Positions 50,891 to 62,600 are shown, numbered from the stretch's first letter. The stretch is DNA of 64,000 bases from Candidatus Nanopelagicus sp. (GCA_044353095.1 JBILCN010000001.1:11484-75483), one strand, 5' to 3'. The notes: generated from the letters alone by a model not told the origin. A program made the numbers and translations.

Positions 50891-52000
50891 TTAAGGTTGA
50901 ACAACTATTTCTACTCGCTGGAACTCCTTTAAATCTGAATAACCAGTCGTAGCCATTGATCGTCGAAGGGCGCCAAACAAATTCATGGTGCCATCAGAGG
51001 TATGTGAAGGGCCATTTAATACTTGTTCTAATGAACCAATTGTTCCAACATGAACTCGATTTCCTCTTGGCAGTTGGGCATGGTGGGCTTCTAGTCCCCA
51101 GTGCCATCCTTTGCCAGGTGCTTGTGTTGAACGAGCAAGCGGAGATCCCATCATTACTGCATCTGCGCCACATGCAATTGCTTTAGCAATCTCACCACTG
51201 TTACCAACGGATCCATCAGCAATTACATGAACATAACGGCCACCGGACTCTTCTAAATACTCCCGGCGAGCTGATGCCACCTCTGCAACGGCAGATGCCA
51301 TTGGAACTGAAATTCCTAAAACTGTTTTTGTGGTGTGTGCTGAACCGCCACCAAAACCAACTAATACTCCGGCAGCACCAGATCGCATTAGATGCAGCGC
51401 ACCTTGAGCAGTTGCAACACCACCCACAATTACTGGTACATCAAGTTCATAAATAAATTTCTTTAAATTAAGTGGCGCAGTTGCTGCAGATACATGTTCT
51501 GCTGAAACTGTAGTTCCACGAATTACAAATATATCTACGCCCGCTTTAATTACCGCTTCATGGAATTCGGCAGTGCGTTGTGGTGATAGAGCGCCAGCAA
51601 CGCTCACACCGGCTTCACGAATCTGGGCAATCCGCTCTTTAATCAATGTTGGTTGAATTGGAGCTGCATAAATCTCCTGCATTTTTTTAATTGCTTCTGG
51701 CTCAGATAACTTTGCCATTTCAGCTAACTTCTTTTCAGCATCCTCATATCTAGTCCAAATACCTTCTAGATTTAAAACACCTAAGCCACCAGCTTTACCA
51801 ATTTCAATTGCAGTTTGTGGTGAGACAACTGAATCCATTGGCGCTGCTAAAAATGGAAGTTCAAATTTATATGCATCAATTTGCCATGTGATGGAGACCT
51901 CATGTGGGTCACGAGTACGTCTGCTTGGAACTATCGCAATTTCATCAAATGAGTATGCGGCACGAGCGCGCTTACCAGGACCGATTTCAATTTCAGACAC
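50891..52000 (-). CDS. guaB3: GuaB3-type IMP dehydrogenase-family protein
   Basis: MSEIEIG.GKRAR.AYSFDEIAIVPSRRTRDP, YELDVPVIVGG, VGFGGGSAHTT, VIADG. Confidence 0.9.
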   Translation of the reverse strand: MSEIEIGPGKRARAAYSFDEIAIVPSRRTRDPHEVSITWQIDAYKFELPFLAAPMDSVVSPQTAIEIGKAGGLGVLNLEGIWTRYEDAEKKLAEMAKLSEPEAIKKMQEIYAAPIQPTLIKERIAQIREAGVSVAGALSPQRTAEFHEAVIKAGVDIFVIRGTTVSAEHVSAATAPLNLKKFIYELDVPVIVGGVATAQGALHLMRSGAAGVLVGFGGGSAHTTKTVLGISVPMASAVAEVASARREYLEESGGRYVHVIADGSVGNSGEIAKAIACGADAVMMGSPLARSTQAPGKGWHWGLEAHHAQLPRGNRVHVGTIGSLEQVLNGPSHTSDGTMNLFGALRRSMATTGYSDLKEFQRVEIVVQP

Positions 52001-52051
52001 GTGCCTAAGAGTATCGGGAATAAAGCGTTAGCCATAAAGGTTGTTGCATGT

Positions 52052-52351
52052 ATGAGTGAGAATTCAAAAGCCTTACGCCCTATAGCCTCTTCCTGGGAGT
52101 GGCAATTCTCTGCTGCCTGTAAGAATCTGCCATCTGAAACATTTTTTCATCCAGATGGAGAGCGTGGACCATCTCGCAAAAACAGAATTAAAAGCGCTAA
52201 AACAATCTGTGGTGGCTGCCCAGTAAAAAAAGAGTGTCTTGATCATGCATTAAGTGTGCAAGAGCCATTTGGTATTTGGGGCGGTAAGAGTGAAGAGGAA
52301 CGTGCTGAACTTTTATCTACTCGTAAATATAATCCTGGTTTAGCTTCTTAA
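52052..52351 (+). CDS. WhiB-family regulator, WhiB3/WhiD type
   Basis: WEWQ..AAC...P.E.FFHPDGERG..R..R...AK.IC..CPV...C..HAL...EPFGIWGG. Start ATG 52052 preferred. Confidence 0.9.
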   Translation: MSENSKALRPIASSWEWQFSAACKNLPSETFFHPDGERGPSRKNRIKSAKTICGGCPVKKECLDHALSVQEPFGIWGGKSEEERAELLSTRKYNPGLAS

Positions 52352-53110
52352 CTCCCAGGCTTTAACCCCTCCTGAAACACCTGCACTATTTGGAATAATC
52401 GTTACCTTGTAATCAAAACTTTTTAACGCACTCTTGCTAATTCTTTGCGCATTACCGCCACCTATGTACAGCCGATCCCAGACAATCATTGGGTATAACT
52501 CTTGAATCAAACTCTTTACTCGCCTAGACCACAATTGATTTCCCATACGTTTACGAGTCTGCTCACCGATCCAGGCATCGATAGTTTTTCCAACTCTAAT
52601 TGTTGTATGTGAAATCTCTAGGTGTGGTGCTAATTGACCATTATTGAAAATGGCAGAACCAAGTCCTGTACCAAAGGTAAATACCGTTTCTAATCCTTTG
52701 CCAGAAATTACTGCTGCGCCATGAACCTCAGCATCATTTAAAACTATTACTGGCAACTTTAATTTTTTCAGTAAAGCACCTTGCATATCAAAACCAAACC
52801 ACTTATTTTTTAAACCCGGATCCACCAACGTTCTGGGACCACCAGCATTTATGTAATGTGGAATAACAACTACCTTGCCATCGCGAATCATTCCGGGCAG
52901 GCCAACCGTTACTCGATTTATCTTTGGACCAACCTTAATAAATCCTTCGATAATTGAGATCAACCGATTTGGTGAAAGCGGATAAGGAGTTTTTAAATAT
53001 GGATACTCAATTAAAACTTTTCCGGTATTAGAAAGCACTGAGGCTTTGATTCCAGTACCACCGCAATCTACTGACAACGTATTAATCGCTGTCCGAGCGG
53101 TAGCCTTCAT
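52340..53110 (-). CDS. ROK-family kinase (polyphosphate glucokinase-like)
   Basis: VDCGGTGIK, NDAEVHG, TFGTGLGSA, LEISH, IGGGN. Confidence 0.8.
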   Translation of the reverse strand: MKATARTAINTLSVDCGGTGIKASVLSNTGKVLIEYPYLKTPYPLSPNRLISIIEGFIKVGPKINRVTVGLPGMIRDGKVVVIPHYINAGGPRTLVDPGLKNKWFGFDMQGALLKKLKLPVIVLNDAEVHGAAVISGKGLETVFTFGTGLGSAIFNNGQLAPHLEISHTTIRVGKTIDAWIGEQTRKRMGNQLWSRRVKSLIQELYPMIVWDRLYIGGGNAQRISKSALKSFDYKVTIIPNSAGVSGGVKAWELRS

Positions 53111-53149
53111 AGAATCAAAGCCTAGTGTTAATTGTGTACTGCTTATTAA

Positions 53150-55083
<1,934 letters not shown>

Positions 55084-55144
55084 GGTGGTATCTCCCTTTG
55101 CTTGCATATCTCGTTGGACCGCTCTCAGCTACCTTCGAGTTGAA

Positions 55145-55171
55145 TTAGCACACGAGGCCTGAGAGTGCTAA
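55145..55171. promoter_or_regulatory. CIRCE operator (HrcA binding)
   Basis: TTAGCACaC-N9-GAGTGCTAA, one mismatch to the consensus TTAGCACTC-N9-GAGTGCTAA, upstream of groES. Confidence 0.9.
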
Positions 55172-55176
55172 AGCCA

Positions 55177-55205
55177 ACTTTAAAGGGGGATGGTGCCCCC
55201 TGCAA
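55177..55205 (-). promoter_or_regulatory. Sigma-A promoter of groES-groEL
   Basis: TTGCAG (55205-55200)-N17-TAAAGT (55182-55177); the predicted start site overlaps the CIRCE. Confidence 0.75.
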
Positions 55206-55217
55206 CTTGTAGCCCAG

Positions 55218-56246
55218 CTACCAGATCACTTGGGAGATCTGCGCTGCCGAATCGGCTGATATGCCGGTTTTAGAGGGCATAACCGCTTCACTGACCGCAA
55301 GACTTCCCAGCGCCGCCACCATCGCTCCATTGTCGGTGCAAAGTGCGGTGGGTGGAATTCGAAGCCTGATCTTGGCAACTTCACATCGCTGCTGGGCTAA
55401 CTCTCGAAGTCTGCTATTCGCAGCTACACCTCCAGCAATTACTAAATTCTCAATACCGCTCTCTTTACATGCAGCAATAGATTTTTGCAGAAGAACATCA
55501 ACTACCGCCTCTTGAAATGATGCTGCAACATCAGCTTTTTTGTAATCAGGAGTTTGTTGTAAATATCTAGATACGGCAGTTTTTAAACCAGAGAATGAGA
55601 AATCATATTGATGCGCGGCTAAATCATTTGCATGTGTTAGGCCTCTTGGAAAAGATATTGCATCTTGATTGCCAGATTTAGCTTCTCGATCAATAACTGG
55701 TCCGCCAGGAAATCCCAACCCCATAATTCTGGCTATCTTGTCGAAGGCTTCCCCTGCTGCATCATCAATTGTTGCACCCTTTACTATCACATCACTTGCT
55801 AAATTATTCACCTGCAAAATTGAACTATGCCCACCGCTTACCAAAAGGGCGATACTAGGTTGAATCTTTTCATCATTATCTAATGCATCAACTGCAATAT
55901 GTGCGGATAGGTGATTAACTCCGTATAAGGGTTTATTTAAACCAAGTGCTAAACCTGAAGCACTGCTTACACCAACTAGTAATGCGCCAATTAATCCTGG
56001 ACCAGCAGTTACTGCTAGCGCGTCAAGATCGGTTAACTTCACTTTAGCCTCTGATAATGCTTTTGCAATAACTTGTTGAATCGCTTCTAGGTGCGCACGG
56101 CTTGCAATTTCGGGAACAACACCGCCAAATCGAGCATGCAGATCAACACTTGATGAGATTACATTTGCCAGCAGTTTGCGACCATGCACAATTCCAACTG
56201 CAGTTTCATCACAGGATGTTTCAATTCCTAAAACTAATGGCTGCAT
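55218..56246 (-). CDS. tsaD: t6A tRNA threonylcarbamoyltransferase TsaD
   Basis: [57 protein letters not shown]. Confidence 0.95.
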   Translation of the reverse strand: MQPLVLGIETSCDETAVGIVHGRKLLANVISSSVDLHARFGGVVPEIASRAHLEAIQQVIAKALSEAKVKLTDLDALAVTAGPGLIGALLVGVSSASGLALGLNKPLYGVNHLSAHIAVDALDNDEKIQPSIALLVSGGHSSILQVNNLASDVIVKGATIDDAAGEAFDKIARIMGLGFPGGPVIDREAKSGNQDAISFPRGLTHANDLAAHQYDFSFSGLKTAVSRYLQQTPDYKKADVAASFQEAVVDVLLQKSIAACKESGIENLVIAGGVAANSRLRELAQQRCEVAKIRLRIPPTALCTDNGAMVAALGSLAVSEAVMPSKTGISADSAAQISQVIW

Positions 56247-57253
56247 CACAACTCTTTTCGCATAATGATCGCAGTTAGCCCAGGCCCGTAATAATTTTGC
56301 CGGCGGGAAATCTCTGTAAAACCATTTTCTAAGTACAGCGGTAGCGCTTCTTCATTTCCTGCCCGAACCTCAAGCATGATCGCTGCAGCTTTTTTAACTC
56401 TAGCCCAATTAATTAAACGCTTTAAAAATTCACGACCGATGCCCTTGCGGCGATGATCAGCAGCAACGGTAATCGTGTGTACATCGGCAAACTCTGATAA
56501 GTAATAAATTCCGGCGTATCCAATTAATTCACCATTAAATTCAGCCGCAATGTAATAAGCATTTTTTGGTGCCTTAGCAAACTCCTCTTTAAATTGTTCA
56601 GCTGTCCAGCCAGATTTTCCATAGACCACTTTCTCCATGGCAATTGCTGGTACTAAATCAATTGATATGAACTCGCGAAACTTCACATTCTCTGGAAGTG
56701 GATGTGCATCTGGTTTTCTAACATAAATAGGTTGGTCAACTGATGGCTGGCTTAAGGCAATTCTGGCTATTGCAATTGGATCCGGGTAGTAGTCGCCCTC
56801 ATTAAAAACCTTTACGCCAAATTTTTCAATTTCAACTGATTTACCAACTTGTGGTTCATTAACTCTTTTTCCATTTTCATACCTTGCCCAAAATCGCTCT
56901 TTACGTCTGGCATCGGTTGAAACAATAAAATCTCTCTCTTCTTTTTGCTCAGCTAGATTAAAGGCCATCGCATCAAGGGAACAAACTCCATGCCATTTTA
57001 CATTCATACCAAGTGCCAAACTTTGGGCAAAGGCAATACCTACTCGCAACCCAGTAAAGGGTCCTGGCCCCATTCCAACTGCGATTAAATCAATTCCTAC
57101 ATTTAACTTTAAAGCCTTTTCTACCAATACTGGAAGTACTTCACCATGGGCTAGTGGATCTTCATGAAACTCATTAAACAAAACTTTATCGCCAGCCATT
57201 AAGGCAACTGATGTTCGTGCGGTTGATGTATCAATTGCTAATACAGTGGTCAT
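56246..57253 (-). CDS. TsaB-RimI fusion protein
   Basis: aa 1-~185: [30 protein letters not shown] (TsaB). aa ~190-335: W....F..E, TI.V....RRKGIG, LEVR..N..A..LY...GF....RR..YY (RimI/GNAT). Confidence 0.88.
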   Translation of the reverse strand: MTTVLAIDTSTARTSVALMAGDKVLFNEFHEDPLAHGEVLPVLVEKALKLNVGIDLIAVGMGPGPFTGLRVGIAFAQSLALGMNVKWHGVCSLDAMAFNLAEQKEERDFIVSTDARRKERFWARYENGKRVNEPQVGKSVEIEKFGVKVFNEGDYYPDPIAIARIALSQPSVDQPIYVRKPDAHPLPENVKFREFISIDLVPAIAMEKVVYGKSGWTAEQFKEEFAKAPKNAYYIAAEFNGELIGYAGIYYLSEFADVHTITVAADHRRKGIGREFLKRLINWARVKKAAAIMLEVRAGNEEALPLYLENGFTEISRRQNYYGPGLTAIIMRKEL

Positions 57254-57708
57254 AACTTAAAACCACTCCAACGCTGGCCTACGCCAGTAATTTCTACACT
57301 TCTTTCGCCCTCGTTATCGGTTAAGGATATTTTGACATCAAGATACTGATCACTTAATGCAGAGATAAAATCTTTGCCCCATTCAATTACAAACACGCTA
57401 TTAGGCAAGTAGCTTTCAAAATCTAAATCTGCAAATGCATTCACGCCGCTGTCCAATAATCGATATGCGTCGATATGAATAAAGTTTGGATCTCCTTTGT
57501 GGACTCGACTAATTGCAAAGGTTGGTGAAGTAACATTTTCAACGCCAAGGGCAGTTGCAATTCCTTGAGTCAAGACAGTCTTGCCGGCACCGAGTTCGCC
57601 AGTTAAAACAACTAGATCACCACTTTTTAATTGCTTGCCAATTTGATTGCCTAATTGCTGCATCGAATCAACGCCGTCAGTAATCAGTTTCATTAGAGGC
57701 CTAGTCAT
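57250..57708 (-). CDS. tsaE: t6A biosynthesis ATPase TsaE
   Basis: L.GELGAGKT, VTSPTF, HIDAYRL, IEWG. The start may be 57693. Confidence 0.93.
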   Translation of the reverse strand: MTRPLMKLITDGVDSMQQLGNQIGKQLKSGDLVVLTGELGAGKTVLTQGIATALGVENVTSPTFAISRVHKGDPNFIHIDAYRLLDSGVNAFADLDFESYLPNSVFVIEWGKDFISALSDQYLDVKISLTDNEGERSVEITGVGQRWSGFKL

Positions 57709-57732
57709 TAGAGGCTAAGTTTATCGAGAAAG

Positions 57733-57763
57733 AAAAAGGGCCCCGATTTCTCGAGGCCCTTTT
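57733..57763 (-). terminator. Intrinsic terminator closing the ABC-hydrolase operon
   Basis: Minus strand reads GGGCCTCGA-GAAA-TCGGGGCCC-TTTTT (one U-G pair), 15 nt after the hydrolase stop. Confidence 0.85.
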
Positions 57764-57777
57764 AACTTAACTATTGA

Positions 57778-59364
57778 TTATTGACGGAACTTGAGCAATG
57801 GTGGCTCAAAGTTTGGATCAATAAATAGGTTGTCATCATTCTTGATAGCAGTCTTAGCTGTTGTCATTGAAGGAAGCTTTCCTGTTCTAGCAGCTGTTGC
57901 AGCCAATCTAGCCACAGCAAGAACCTGTGAGGCTGTGTAGTTACAGTGCCCAACTCCATTTGGAGCAAAAGCTGGTGTAACTGCGCCAGCAGCATCAAAT
58001 GTTGTGTAGGTATCTGCTGGCTTGTTCCAGACATTTAGCAACATATTAGCTTTTGCAGTACCAGCGGATAATGCTGCTGCGTACTGATTGTTTAGATATG
58101 TTACTGCGCCACCCGGTGTGATGTGATCAGCTGCGGCCGCAAGAGTAATTGTTGGAACCTCAATCTTGCCTTGCAATTGATACATGGTATTTAACTTAGC
58201 AACAGCTGCAGGGTTTGCAGTTACCTTTGGTGCTAAGAATTGCAAATAACCAATCATGCCAGTTGTTGCAGTTCCACCTGAAAGTGCTGCTGCATAAATC
58301 TGTGCATCATCACCTAGGCGGGCTGAGAAGTTGGTTTTGCTATTGTCATAGACAACTCCACCTGCACGAACCTCCATGTCGTAATTTGCAAGAACAGCTA
58401 GCGCTGCAGCCTCTGCACCGTTTTCAAGAACAGCAAGTGCTGGGCTGATTGCCAGACCAAATGTTGTCTCGAGTGCTCCAGCTGGACCAGATGATGCATC
58501 GTAAGTCTTGGACTGAGTTGAGATTCCAGAAACTAAGCCAAGAAGCAAAATTGCACTTCGTACTGGAATAGCTTTCAAGGAATCTGGAACTGTTGAGGTT
58601 GCTGGCCAAGCAGGTTGAACTGGATTGGCTTTAATAGCCGCCTGAAGTGCAAGCAATGTTGTTAACACTGTTCCTAGATCAGTAAGCATTTCTACGTAAC
58701 CCGTTTGACCGGCAGAGTAACCAGTTCCCTTAATTGCTGGGTTGAAGAATGTTTTCATTCCCCAAAGGAAATCACCAGCCATTGTGATCTGTGATTGTGC
58801 AGAGTCAGCAATACACATTGGAAGGACTGCATCAATTGCACCTGAGTATTGCTCAGCAAATGCTTGTGCAGTTAAGCCACCAAGTGAGTTACCCCAGGCA
58901 ACAACTTTGCTTACCTTTGAGTACTTATCTTTAGCTGCTTGTAGAACTTGGAATGCTCCGTCTACACCCTCTTCTAGGCTCCAACCTTGTGCGCTTGCAC
59001 CAGAACCAGCAAGAGCATAGCCCTGCTTAAGTAGTGCATTTGCAACTGTTAAGGATGGTGCAACCTCTGGTGAGTAATCAATACGTGATCCTGCTGGTGC
59101 AACTACTGGAATTGGAGGCAGGTTTACGTTGTTACGGATACCGTGAGAGTAGATATAGAGAGTGCCGTTAAAGTTTGCTGGCATTCTGATTTCAAACTTT
59201 GCGCCATTGTCATCAGTACCTGTGCAAGTCTCAACCTTAGTTGCCGCCTTGGTACAAGTAAGTGTTGCAGCTTGCGCTGCAGATGGTGCAGTAACAGCGA
59301 GTGCAGTTGCTAGTGCAGATGAAATAAGAGCGACTAAGCCCTTCTTAACAAATGTGTTTTTCAT
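57778..59364 (-). CDS. Secreted alpha/beta-hydrolase (putative esterase, tannase-like layout)
   Basis: Sec signal ending AQA, WGNSLGG nucleophile elbow, candidate Asp (ADHIT) and His (GVGHC). TAATG-coupled to the SBP gene. Confidence 0.7.
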   Translation of the reverse strand: MKNTFVKKGLVALISSALATALAVTAPSAAQAATLTCTKAATKVETCTGTDDNGAKFEIRMPANFNGTLYIYSHGIRNNVNLPPIPVVAPAGSRIDYSPEVAPSLTVANALLKQGYALAGSGASAQGWSLEEGVDGAFQVLQAAKDKYSKVSKVVAWGNSLGGLTAQAFAEQYSGAIDAVLPMCIADSAQSQITMAGDFLWGMKTFFNPAIKGTGYSAGQTGYVEMLTDLGTVLTTLLALQAAIKANPVQPAWPATSTVPDSLKAIPVRSAILLLGLVSGISTQSKTYDASSGPAGALETTFGLAISPALAVLENGAEAAALAVLANYDMEVRAGGVVYDNSKTNFSARLGDDAQIYAAALSGGTATTGMIGYLQFLAPKVTANPAAVAKLNTMYQLQGKIEVPTITLAAAADHITPGGAVTYLNNQYAAALSAGTAKANMLLNVWNKPADTYTTFDAAGAVTPAFAPNGVGHCNYTASQVLAVARLAATAARTGKLPSMTTAKTAIKNDDNLFIDPNFEPPLLKFRQ

Positions 59365-60680
59365 TAGTTATTTGGTATCCCGTTCTTTGGAATTGATTTA
59401 CGGACAAAGGTTGACGCTGTAACAACACCTGCTGTTGAATCAGTTGTGTAAAGCGTTAACTTTCCGCCAAATGGCTTTAGCTCACCTTTGGCATTTAATT
59501 GACCAAGCCAGTAGCCGTTGTAACCAACACGACTAGTTGCTGAGTAATTAAGTGGCACAAGTCCTGCACTGGCAAAGGTTGAACCCTTTGTGTCGATAGC
59601 TCTCATTAATCCAGTACGAGTTAAGTTCTTTCCTGCTGCACGAAGTGCTTGAACTGTAAGCATCGCTGAGTTCATACCTTGTAGAACGGTGTTATCAAAT
59701 GTAACACCCTTGTTGTACTGGGTATTGATCTCTGTAAACTGCTTTACATATGGATCAGTTACATCTTTAGCATCTGGGAAGAATGATGCTGAGATAACTC
59801 CATCAACAGTCGTGGCTTTAACACCAAGAGCTAATAATGTATTGGCATCGGCGCCAACTGAGCCTCCCATAAATGTGAACTTAGTAGTCAAAGATAACTT
59901 CTCGGCAGCTTTCAAGATTGTTGCTGTCGTATCAGTTGTACCAAAGAGAATTAAAATTGGCTTTCCTGGAACAGCGCTTAATCTAGTTAGCGCACCTTCA
60001 GCAAGTGCTGCAGTTAATCCACCTTGTGGGTACAAGGTTGGAGCAGCAGAGAATGTGTGGCCAGCAGATTTAAATCCACCAACGCCATCAATACCAAACT
60101 CATCATCTTGAGCGATTAGGAATGAGGCTTGTGGTGCAAGTGCTGGAGTGTCCTTGATGAACTTAGCCATGATCTTTGCTTCCATGGCATAGCTAGGAAG
60201 AACCATAAATGCAGTTGGGTACTTAGCCTTATTTGCAAAGCCGCTAAATCCGGTATTAACAAATAGTGAAGGAACATTGTTCTTGGCTAATTTTGCAGCG
60301 TTATATGCATTTGAGTGTGTTGCGGTACCAAGTGCACCAACGATTGCGAATACTTTGTCATTCAAAACTAATTTTGTGGTCTGAGTAGCAGCAAGTCTTG
60401 GTAGGTACTTGTCATCATGAGAAATTAAGGTGATCTTTCGACCATTTACGCCACCATTTGCATTGATGTAATCAAAGTAGGCCTTCATTGCGCCCGGAAC
60501 TTTTCCGTACACAAGACCGGCAGAACCTGTCTTAGGTGATGAGATACCCAACTTAATTGAGGTAGCCGTTACACCAGTTGTTTCAGTCGCTTGTGCTGGA
60601 ACAGTGCTTAGCACCATCGCACCTGCGGCGATTAACGCTGAAGCGATAACAGCTCGCTTCGTACGTGTATTTCTGATCAT
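59364..60680 (-). CDS. Liv-type (Peripla_BP_6-like) ABC solute-binding protein
   Basis: GVT..SIKLG, INANGGVNGRKI....DD.Y.P, DKVFAIVG.LGT. Signal peptide ending AQA. Confidence 0.88.
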   Translation of the reverse strand: MIRNTRTKRAVIASALIAAGAMVLSTVPAQATETTGVTATSIKLGISSPKTGSAGLVYGKVPGAMKAYFDYINANGGVNGRKITLISHDDKYLPRLAATQTTKLVLNDKVFAIVGALGTATHSNAYNAAKLAKNNVPSLFVNTGFSGFANKAKYPTAFMVLPSYAMEAKIMAKFIKDTPALAPQASFLIAQDDEFGIDGVGGFKSAGHTFSAAPTLYPQGGLTAALAEGALTRLSAVPGKPILILFGTTDTTATILKAAEKLSLTTKFTFMGGSVGADANTLLALGVKATTVDGVISASFFPDAKDVTDPYVKQFTEINTQYNKGVTFDNTVLQGMNSAMLTVQALRAAGKNLTRTGLMRAIDTKGSTFASAGLVPLNYSATSRVGYNGYWLGQLNAKGELKPFGGKLTLYTTDSTAGVVTASTFVRKSIPKNGIPNN

Positions 60681-60692
60681 TTATTTCCTTCC

Positions 60693-61703
60693 CTAGTGTT
60701 TTCTTTTAAAAATATGTTCTGGACCATTTGGAGTAAACATCACCGCCAAAATTAGCAGTGCGCTCACCAAGAATCCAGGTAAGGAGATGGCTAAGTTCTC
60801 AGAGCCACCGATACGCGTTACTAGCGACTCGGCGATTTCTGGGATCACAACCAGGACCAACCCGCCAAGGATCACACCTTTTAGGTTATACAGTCCAGTA
60901 ACCACGGCTCCTGAGAGTAAAAGAAGTGAAAGACTGAGCGGGAATGCGCTGGGTGATACGCCTGTTATCAGCATTACCAGCAATCCCCCAGATAATCCTG
61001 CAGCTCCAGAACTAATGGCAAAAGCGATGACCTTTTGACGAGCCACATTTACGCCACAGAGTTGGGCGGCAATTGGATTATCTCTCATCGCTCTAAATGT
61101 TCTGCCAAATCTAGATGCTGCAATATTTGCAACAAACCAAATAATTATTAATGCTGCAAGAGCTGCTATCCAAAAGAACCATTTATAAGGTGAGAAGTCT
61201 TCGCCGAATCTGGCAGGGGTGGCTCCGACATCAAAGATTAAACCTTGCTGACCGCCAAGTATTGGAAATTGATTTGCAAGGGATGGCAATGAAATTGCAA
61301 GTGCCAAAGTTGTTCCAGCTAGGTATGGTCCACTAAATCTTGCAACCGCCGCACCTAGAAGCAGGCCAAATAAGCCAGAAATTAATGTTGCCATAACTAA
61401 TGCCACAACTGGATGCCATTGCAAAGAATTTATTGTGAGCGCTCCAGCATAGGCGCCGACCGCCATTAAAGCACCGTGTCCTAATGAAAGTTGTCCGCTA
61501 TAGCCAGTTAATAAAATTATTGAGGCAATTCCAACAGCGTATGTGGCAACAAAGGCGCCTTGATAAAGTGAGAACTCATCTACCTGGTTACTTAGTAATA
61601 GAAGTAACCAACCACCAAGAATAAACAAAAACAATCTCTTTCTCGGTGAATCAATTGATGAATGAACCTTTTTTGAGTGTTTGCTCTTGGAATGTTTTAG
61701 CAT
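60693..61703 (-). CDS. Liv-type ABC permease (LivM-like)
   Basis: LLTGYSGQLSLGHGA.MA.GAY, GPYLA..TL, GR..RA.RDN..AA...G. Confidence 0.88.
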   Translation of the reverse strand: MLKHSKSKHSKKVHSSIDSPRKRLFLFILGGWLLLLLSNQVDEFSLYQGAFVATYAVGIASIILLTGYSGQLSLGHGALMAVGAYAGALTINSLQWHPVVALVMATLISGLFGLLLGAAVARFSGPYLAGTTLALAISLPSLANQFPILGGQQGLIFDVGATPARFGEDFSPYKWFFWIAALAALIIIWFVANIAASRFGRTFRAMRDNPIAAQLCGVNVARQKVIAFAISSGAAGLSGGLLVMLITGVSPSAFPLSLSLLLLSGAVVTGLYNLKGVILGGLVLVVIPEIAESLVTRIGGSENLAISLPGFLVSALLILAVMFTPNGPEHIFKRKH

Positions 61704-62600
61704 TTATGCACTCCTGCCTTTCTTGCCAGCAAATAGGCCAGAAGGTCGCACCAATAAAACTAAAATTAAAACTACGAAAGCGGTTGGAAATACCAGTGTT
61801 GTACTTACATAAGTTGTTACGAAGTTAATTGCAAAGCCAAGCACCATTGCGCCTGCTACAGCGCCAACCATGCTTTCTAAGCCACCGATTACTGCAGCGA
61901 TAAAACCGAAGACTAATAAAATGTCCATTGCATTTGGGAAAAGATAAGTGCTTGGCACATAAAGCATTCCCGCTAAGCCACCAGCTGCTCCTGATATTGC
62001 CCAGCCAAGTGTTCGAACTGCATCCACTTTAATTCCAGATAGCTTTGAGATCTCCGGTGAGTATGCAGAGGCGCGAAGTGCTAATCCAATATTGGTCTTT
62101 TGAAATAGCAAAGTTAATAAGATCATAGCAATTGCAACAGATCCAAGGACAAATGCATTAAAGAGGCTGAAGGCAATAACCGTTCCATTTACATTAAAGC
62201 CAGCATTGGACACTGGTGGTTCAATTGATTGATTATTTAATCCCCAAACAACTCCGATGATTGCCTCGATAATTCCTAGTAATCCTAAGGTTGCTACAAC
62301 TGGTGCAATCAAAACAATTGGTCCAGATGTAACGCGCTTAAAGATTGGCCGCATAAAAAATCTATCAATAAAGGCGCCAATAATCGCACCGCTAATAATG
62401 GCTGCAACAAGTGCTATCCAGTACGAGCCAGTTCTTTGAATCACTTCATAACCTATGTAAGTAGTCAGAACTGCTTGACCAGCTTGAGCAAAGTTAACTA
62501 CTCGAGTAGATCGCCAAACTAAAACCAACGCTAATGCCATTAGTGCATAGATCGCACCTGATGATAATGAGGTAAGAACTGCTGTAATAAATTGTGTCAT
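61704..62600 (-). CDS. Liv-type ABC permease (LivH-like)
   Basis: GAIYAL.ALALVL.WRST.VVNFAQ, G.ALRA.A, F.AAVIGGL.S. Confidence 0.88.
   Translation of the reverse strand: MTQFITAVLTSLSSGAIYALMALALVLVWRSTRVVNFAQAGQAVLTTYIGYEVIQRTGSYWIALVAAIISGAIIGAFIDRFFMRPIFKRVTSGPIVLIAPVVATLGLLGIIEAIIGVVWGLNNQSIEPPVSNAGFNVNGTVIAFSLFNAFVLGSVAIAMILLTLLFQKTNIGLALRASAYSPEISKLSGIKVDAVRTLGWAISGAAGGLAGMLYVPSTYLFPNAMDILLVFGFIAAVIGGLESMVGAVAGAMVLGFAINFVTTYVSTTLVFPTAFVVLILVLLVRPSGLFAGKKGRSA

Noticed and set aside
52001-52051. ORF-track N-terminal extension of the second WhiB
   Set aside because: It overlaps the guaB3 promoter; homology starts near ATG 52052.
57691-57720. Near-tandem 14-15 bp duplication at the tsaE start (CATTAGAGGCCTAG / CATTAGAGGCTAAG)
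   Set aside because: Only two copies; it creates start ambiguity (57708 versus 57693) but is not an array or att site I can support.
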